The translations under genes were made by a program, and so were the position numbers. A stretch of 64,000 nucleotides of DNA from an uncultured SAR86 cluster bacterium. Lineage in GTDB: Bacteria > Pseudomonadota > Gammaproteobacteria > Magnimaribacterales > D2472. The notes under the pieces are model-generated. The model ran no database searches. It saw only the letters and a program-made list of their open reading frames with translations, and was not told the origin of the DNA. Positions 58,622 through 64,000 of the stretch are shown here, piece after piece (positions within the stretch are counted from its first letter, which is position 1; each line of letters opens with the position of its first letter). The DNA is taken from the NCBI GenBank assembly GCA_902601475.1, contig CACKNK010000001.1, positions 208,584-272,583 of the forward strand. Reading direction: 5' to 3'.

Positions 58622-59039
58622 TTTATTTAAAAAGAAAATTGAGATTAATGATGATAAAAACGATAAAAAAAACGTTGAAGAAGCATATATTATTTTAATG
58701 CTTGAAATCGCCAGACTTGATGGAAAAATTGATGATTCTGAGTTTAATAAGATTAAAGAGAATTATAAACAAATTTACGGTGATAATAACTTCCTTGAAA
58801 ATTTTAATAGGCTGTCCTCCGAAGCTAAAAATGAAAGCTCTCTGTATCCCTTTATAGAGGTTATTAATACAAGCTCAGATAAAAATAATAAGATTCAGGC
58901 TTTAAAAGCAATTTGGGAAGTTGTATTAGCAGATGGCATTATTGATCCTTATGAGGAGAGTTTATTCATGCAAATCGGTGACCTTCTCAAAATTAAAAGA
59001 AGTGATTTGGTTAAGATAAAAAATCTAAGGCTTGGATAG
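58614..59039 (+). CDS. TerB-like domain protein
   Basis: LMLEIARLDG.IDDSE and WEVVLADGIIDPYEE. Confidence 0.8.
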   Translation: MINLFKKKIEINDDKNDKKNVEEAYIILMLEIARLDGKIDDSEFNKIKENYKQIYGDNNFLENFNRLSSEAKNESSLYPFIEVINTSSDKNNKIQALKAIWEVVLADGIIDPYEESLFMQIGDLLKIKRSDLVKIKNLRLG

Positions 59040-61190
59040 ATAAATGGGTGAAGACCATGCTCTTTCTGCAGTCATAGAAAGGCAATCATCGTTTAGATTC
59101 GTTTTATAACTCCCTTTACAAATATTTACTTCTCCTCCTTCCTCAATAGCTATGTTCTCTCCATTAATGGCGAGAGTGCTTTCCTGAATAGCTCTTACAT
59201 AATATGTACTATCTCTTGAGTATTCAGGATCTTCAAATTCAACCACACATCCTGAATTTGATTTAGGGCAGTCAATAACCTTCCATTTATCTTGAATTAG
59301 AGGTTCTATGGGCTCACCTTGATATTCCTGTGGCGTAATTTTGATTATCTCAATTCTATCAATCAAATATCTCTCTGAACTTGGGTTATAACATTCTCCA
59401 GAGCACAAATAATCCAATCTTTCTTCTGAAAGTGAATCAATCGAATAATCAGGACAGCCTGGAATTTGTTTGAAGCTGCCTGCAGCTTTGACTCTAAATG
59501 TAGGATTTGAAATCATGGTAACTGTACTTCCCATCGAAGCCTCGCCATTTGGGCCGTTCAATAAATCAAACCAGAGCAAGATTCTTGGGCCAGAAGTACC
59601 GTATACATTCTTATCCTTCAATGCTTGCCAAATATCGTCACGAGATCTTGATTTTGAATGCACGGCTACAAGTCCACCAGGATAAGCAAAGCTTGAATTC
59701 CTTTCACTGTCTGTCTGAGACTCTCCAGGAAGAGTGCTGGGTAATTCAGGAAAATTAGGGTCTTCTGCGGGATACTTATAATCAAAAAGGGAAGATTTTA
59801 CACCTGCAGCAAATGTCATTTTCCGACGCTCGTATTGTTTATAACCTGTTCCAGGTCTTGCGGTGTGATCATCAGTGGAGGCTATGAATCCAAAATTATA
59901 TCTCTGATCAGCCTCAGAGAAATTAGTTAAGGCTAGTGCATATTGTGCAGATTGCTTTGGCCTATAATTAAAAGCAGGCTTGAAGCAATCTGTGCACTGA
60001 TTGCAGTTTAACCACTCTTCGGGTTCAGCTTCTGGGAATACCATATTAGAGTGAGGTCCTGCCTCAAGTGTATATTGTTTGGCTAGCTCAACTCTTGCAG
60101 AGCACTCAGCTTCAGATAAACCCTCACATCTTGCCTTCATCATCACTCCTGCTTGCCAACAACAAGGTAAAAAGTCACTGGTTGGTTCTGGACAGAACAT
60201 TGATCCATCATCATTCAATCCAGCGCCAAAAAAACTTTTAAACTCTTCACTGTTTCCATGCCCTGACATAACCTCAAGAAGAATTTGTTTTTTGGGATCA
60301 TGGCCCTCTTGATTCAATCTATTATCCCAGGATGTATTATAAGGAACATGAAGGCCCCAAGATGTTCCATGAGGTATTACGATTGAATCATGACCCCATT
60401 CATCAAGTTTACTAAAAAGATCTCTAGGTGTTTCAGCGTATTCATAACAATCAAGAGGAAGTTCATGAACGCTTGATTGGTTATCACAAAAGGGTATCTC
60501 AGCGACTCTATCGAGCAACCACTCTAAATCAGAGTATCTTTTAAAGTTTAATGGATCGATCCATCTTGCATTGATTGCTTGCCTTGTCATATTAAACACC
60601 CCAAGTCCGGACTCTGGAGTTCTTGATCCTATTGGTCGAGCAGGCAAGGAATCTAAATCTTTAAAAATAACATTTCTGTGGCCCCAATGGTTCTCAGGAG
60701 TATTGCCGATTTGTGTCCATTCCCAGCCTGGAAAAACAGTCAAATCAGCTGTAACTGAATGAGTGGAATTTATGTTGCATTGCTGAACAATTTCTTTTTG
60801 ATCTCGCCAATGCTCTGGCGTTAAGCTTTCTGCATGATCGTTGAAACTAAAAAAATCTAAGTTTGCACAATATCTAGCAAAGTCACATGCCATTGAACTA
60901 TCATGAATTCCTTGCAACCCCATCATTGGCAATTCCAATGTAAAAGCATCAATGGAATACGTGGTATGAACATGCAGGTCGCCAAAAAGAATTTGGGTAT
61001 CATCAATGACTTCTTGTGAAGATCGAAATAAATCCTCTTTAGTCTTATAAAACTTTAAATCAGATTGATAAATCTCATTCTCATCACGAGGATTGCCCTC
61101 TACAAAGCCTGGAGGTACATCTGAACCGCATCCAATCAACCCAAAGAGAAATAGAAAAAGAAAACTCTTAGAATACTGAAACTTGGCCAT
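59025..61190 (-). CDS. DUF3604-like PHP-fold metallohydrolase, probable lipoprotein
   Basis: Lipobox LIGC; FGDLHVHT.YS.DA, NDHAE, GWEWT, HRNV, STDDH, YGTSGPRI, YYVRAIQ and ERAWSSPI. Confidence 0.8.
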   Translation of the reverse strand: MAKFQYSKSFLFLFLFGLIGCGSDVPPGFVEGNPRDENEIYQSDLKFYKTKEDLFRSSQEVIDDTQILFGDLHVHTTYSIDAFTLELPMMGLQGIHDSSMACDFARYCANLDFFSFNDHAESLTPEHWRDQKEIVQQCNINSTHSVTADLTVFPGWEWTQIGNTPENHWGHRNVIFKDLDSLPARPIGSRTPESGLGVFNMTRQAINARWIDPLNFKRYSDLEWLLDRVAEIPFCDNQSSVHELPLDCYEYAETPRDLFSKLDEWGHDSIVIPHGTSWGLHVPYNTSWDNRLNQEGHDPKKQILLEVMSGHGNSEEFKSFFGAGLNDDGSMFCPEPTSDFLPCCWQAGVMMKARCEGLSEAECSARVELAKQYTLEAGPHSNMVFPEAEPEEWLNCNQCTDCFKPAFNYRPKQSAQYALALTNFSEADQRYNFGFIASTDDHTARPGTGYKQYERRKMTFAAGVKSSLFDYKYPAEDPNFPELPSTLPGESQTDSERNSSFAYPGGLVAVHSKSRSRDDIWQALKDKNVYGTSGPRILLWFDLLNGPNGEASMGSTVTMISNPTFRVKAAGSFKQIPGCPDYSIDSLSEERLDYLCSGECYNPSSERYLIDRIEIIKITPQEYQGEPIEPLIQDKWKVIDCPKSNSGCVVEFEDPEYSRDSTYYVRAIQESTLAINGENIAIEEGGEVNICKGSYKTNLNDDCLSMTAERAWSSPIYLSKP

Positions 61191-62994
61191 ATTTACTGAT
61201 TAAGTCATCTTCAATCTTTCTCAGCTCAAATTCAAGATCAAACCTATTACATGATCCATTATTCCAATTATTAAGAAGTGACAAATTAGGATCTCCTATA
61301 TTAATGACTGTCTCTCTCACCAGAAGACATTTCTCTAAGTCAGTGGCAACATTTGTATTTGCAAAACTTAAGATGTCATCCATGTTTTTTTTATCAGATA
61401 TTGAACGTAATTCATTTAAATTATCAAGGACCAAAAAAACTTGTTTAGAAGATGTATATTTTTCCCACTGAACTTTAGTATTTTCAATAATAGGTTGGCC
61501 TTTTTTTGCAAAGTTAGACCATGCACTTAAAAAAGTTTGTTCCATCTGATCTCTTTCGTCAGTCTTTGGATAAACATAACTAGAGACTGGTCCAAACTTA
61601 TATTCTGTTGTGAGAAAAGCAATTTCAAGACCATGTGCAGCACCTATCATGTTAGGAAAGTCTGCAAAAAAACTTTTCTTTTGATCATCCCAGTCAAATC
61701 TATAGGCATAAGTATTTTTATAGCCTGCTTTTTCAAGTTGAAGAAGCGGCTCGTCAACTCCTCTGAGTTTCCAAGCCTCAGATCTGACACTCAGCCATAA
61801 CCTATATAGCTCGGGATTTTTTAATTCAATTTTTGAGATTGGTATGAGTCTTGTGAATGGATAGGTTCTTTCAGAAAAATAATTATTTACGCCAAGCCAC
61901 AAAGATAATTCATCTTTGTTGGAACCAAAAATTACAGGGACATTTTTTGCATATTTTTTATTTCCAAGAGCAGATAGTATTCCTTCAATTGGAATTACAA
62001 TTCCATCTCTATTAACCAATGGAATGTAGTCGAATGTTTCTTTCTCTAGTTCAAGATATATTGAAAGAAAATCCTCTGCTTTAAGGTTTTTTAAAAACCT
62101 TCGTTGAGATTGCAAATCAAGTTCATTAAAGTTTTTGATAACACTGTCAGTTATCCTCGAAACAGAAGCATTGCTAAATACATTTAATGAGCCAAAATCG
62201 TTAATTACTGAATTGTTGCTTGAGATCCCAAGAGATTGTTCAGCTGTATAAGAAGTTGTATATCCTGATTGAGAAATAGCTTTATGAAAAAGTCCATTGG
62301 AAAGTGGCGTTGCCAACATTGTCATTACATTATGCCCGCCTGCTGATTCCCCAAAAATTGTTACATTATTTTTATCGCCATCGAAGTTATGTATATTTTT
62401 TTGAACCCACTTAAGTGCCATAATGATATCCAAAGTTCCAAAATTTGAAGATTTATCAATCCCATCCTGAAGAGATTGAATTGCTGGATGACGAAACCAT
62501 CCTAAAGGACCAAGTCTATAATTTATTACTACAACAACAATTTCCTTGGAGGAAGATAATTTTGAAAAATTATAATAATCTTTTGTTCCAGTTGTATTGC
62601 CACCACCGTGGATCCAAAACATAACAGGTAATTTATCGTTACTATTTTTTTCTGGCTTATAAATGTCAAGATACAAACAGTCCTCTGATCCAACTACTCC
62701 CTCTCCCTCTAGACCTGCATACCTAGATGGCTCCTGTATACAGCCACTTCCTTTACCAGATAAAACCGCATTTGAAGATAGAATTTCTTTTGGAGCTTTC
62801 CATCTTAAATCACCAATAGGTGGTTTTGCATAGGGTATATTTTTCCAAACATAGACACCATCACTTTTAATGGCATTACTTAACCCTGACGAAGTTAAAA
62901 CGCTGACATTAGCATTAATGAATAATGGTATCAGAAATAATATACTCAGATAAAATAATCTATTGTATGAGTAAAAATATTTGCTTAAAATCAT
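61168..62994 (-). CDS. Type B carboxylesterase/lipase, probably secreted
   Basis: IPYAKPPIGDLRW, SEDCLYL, WIHGGG, GESAG nucleophile and AAHGLE. Confidence 0.92.
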   Translation of the reverse strand: MILSKYFYSYNRLFYLSILFLIPLFINANVSVLTSSGLSNAIKSDGVYVWKNIPYAKPPIGDLRWKAPKEILSSNAVLSGKGSGCIQEPSRYAGLEGEGVVGSEDCLYLDIYKPEKNSNDKLPVMFWIHGGGNTTGTKDYYNFSKLSSSKEIVVVVINYRLGPLGWFRHPAIQSLQDGIDKSSNFGTLDIIMALKWVQKNIHNFDGDKNNVTIFGESAGGHNVMTMLATPLSNGLFHKAISQSGYTTSYTAEQSLGISSNNSVINDFGSLNVFSNASVSRITDSVIKNFNELDLQSQRRFLKNLKAEDFLSIYLELEKETFDYIPLVNRDGIVIPIEGILSALGNKKYAKNVPVIFGSNKDELSLWLGVNNYFSERTYPFTRLIPISKIELKNPELYRLWLSVRSEAWKLRGVDEPLLQLEKAGYKNTYAYRFDWDDQKKSFFADFPNMIGAAHGLEIAFLTTEYKFGPVSSYVYPKTDERDQMEQTFLSAWSNFAKKGQPIIENTKVQWEKYTSSKQVFLVLDNLNELRSISDKKNMDDILSFANTNVATDLEKCLLVRETVINIGDPNLSLLNNWNNGSCNRFDLEFELRKIEDDLISKYGQVSVF

Positions 62995-63019
62995 GTTATA
63001 AAATTTAAATATTATATTT

Positions 63020-63083
63020 TTACGTAATTAATAATATTAATATTACGTAATTATTAATTGTTTAATGGAATCCAACCATTAAA
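63020..63083. promoter_or_regulatory. Palindrome cluster in a divergent promoter region
   Basis: TTACGTAATTA twice (63020 and 63043) and TTTAATGG-N7-CCATTAAA (63061-63083). Confidence 0.5.
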
Positions 63084-63106
63084 ATTATGTACGAGGTATA
63101 AATAAT

Positions 63107-64000
63107 ATGTCATACAAATTTTCAACACAAACTGAAAGAACTAATCAATCGCTGCATGATGAGCTTATTGCAAAAGCTGAGGCAATGATACCTGTTTTAA
63201 GAGAAAGATCTAATTCTGCAAACAGTGACAGGAGGATTCCTAAAGAAACAATTCAAGATTTTAAAGAAGCTGGCTTTTTTAAAATACTTCAATCAAAAAA
63301 ATATGGTGGATATGAGTTAGATCCACATACTTTTTCAGAGGTTCAGATTAGAGTTGCGCAAGGATGTATGTCTACCGCCTGGGTTCTGGGCGTTGTTGGA
63401 ATCCATCCATTCCAATTGGCTCTTTATGATGATAGAGCACAAAAGGAAGTTTACGGAGATGATCCTGATACCCTAGTCTCTTCCTCTTATGCTCCATTAG
63501 GTCAAGTTGAATTAGTTGATGGTGGTTTCAAACTTTCTGGTCATTGGCAGTGGTCTAGTGGTTCAGAACATTGCGAATGGGCATTACTAGGTGCGCTTGT
63601 TTTTCCTCCTGAGGGTGGTGCACCTGAATACAGAACATTTTTGTTGCCTAGAGAAGATTATGAAATTAATGACACCTGGCATTCAATGGGACTCAAAGCT
63701 ACTGGAAGTCAGGATGTCATAGTGAAAGATGTTTTTGTTCCAGAACACAGAACCCATAAACAATCTGACGGATTCAATCTCACCAATCCTGGATATGAAG
63801 TTAATAAAAATGATCTATTTAAAATTCCATGGGGCCAATTATTCGTGCGAGCAGTATCCACTCCTGCAATAGGTGCAACCAAAAGAATGCTTGAGTTATT
63901 TATTGAAGGTGCAAACAATAAGGCATCAAGTGATCCTGCAAAACTTGCAGGTGATACTCACACCCAAACCCTTGTTGCCGATGCACATGCTGAATTAGAT
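63107..64000 (+). CDS. HsaA-like flavin-dependent monooxygenase, ACAD fold (runs off the window edge)
   Basis: Absent from the ORF track. Manual translation gives MSYKF...RRIPKETI..FKEAGFFKILQ..YGG, CMSTAWV, AQKEVYGDDPDTLVSSSYAP, WQWSSG.EHC and GLKATGS..V.VKDVFVP. GAGG lies upstream. Confidence 0.85.
   Translation, partial: MSYKFSTQTERTNQSLHDELIAKAEAMIPVLRERSNSANSDRRIPKETIQDFKEAGFFKILQSKKYGGYELDPHTFSEVQIRVAQGCMSTAWVLGVVGIHPFQLALYDDRAQKEVYGDDPDTLVSSSYAPLGQVELVDGGFKLSGHWQWSSGSEHCEWALLGALVFPPEGGAPEYRTFLLPREDYEINDTWHSMGLKATGSQDVIVKDVFVPEHRTHKQSDGFNLTNPGYEVNKNDLFKIPWGQLFVRAVSTPAIGATKRMLELFIEGANNKASSDPAKLAGDTHTQTLVADAHAELD

Noticed and set aside
58614-59039. Tellurite-resistance operon
   Set aside because: It is a lone TerB-like gene with no other ter genes.
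1-64000. CRISPR array, prophage, IS element or rRNA
   Set aside because: No spaced short repeats and no cas, phage, transposase or rRNA-like sequence were seen.

Overview
A gene-dense, AT-rich bacterial chromosome segment. Gene content (prc, xthA, rraA, yihG-like, TonB-dependent receptor, photolyase, many lipid-catabolism genes) and tiny or overlapping intergenic spaces suggest a streamlined marine gammaproteobacterium, SAR86-like by inference only. Layout: (1) 1-25.4 kb holds housekeeping and lipid/terpene catabolism, including an atu-like acyclic terpene operon and two paired acyl-CoA dehydrogenases. (2) A ~17 kb surface-glycan modification island lies between tRNA-Leu(TAA) and the guaA 3' end. 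It has no integrase. It carries a carbamoyltransferase/SxtK-like/SxtJ-like/SGNH module, a transglutaminase-like gene and two OafA-type acyltransferases that share an apparently identical 1,081-bp N-terminal block but have different SGNH domains. (3) guaB and guaA are split by a putative purine-scavenging module (TonB-dependent receptor, NCS2 permease, phosphoribosyltransferase). (4) Further core genes follow, including a WecA-like protein with a large insertion, and then a DUF3604/carboxylesterase pair divergent from an HsaA-like monooxygenase. Several genes have a -10 hexamer 5-6 nt before the ATG, suggesting leaderless mRNAs. No CRISPR array, rRNA, transposase or prophage was seen. All calls come from reading motifs by eye; no database searches were run.
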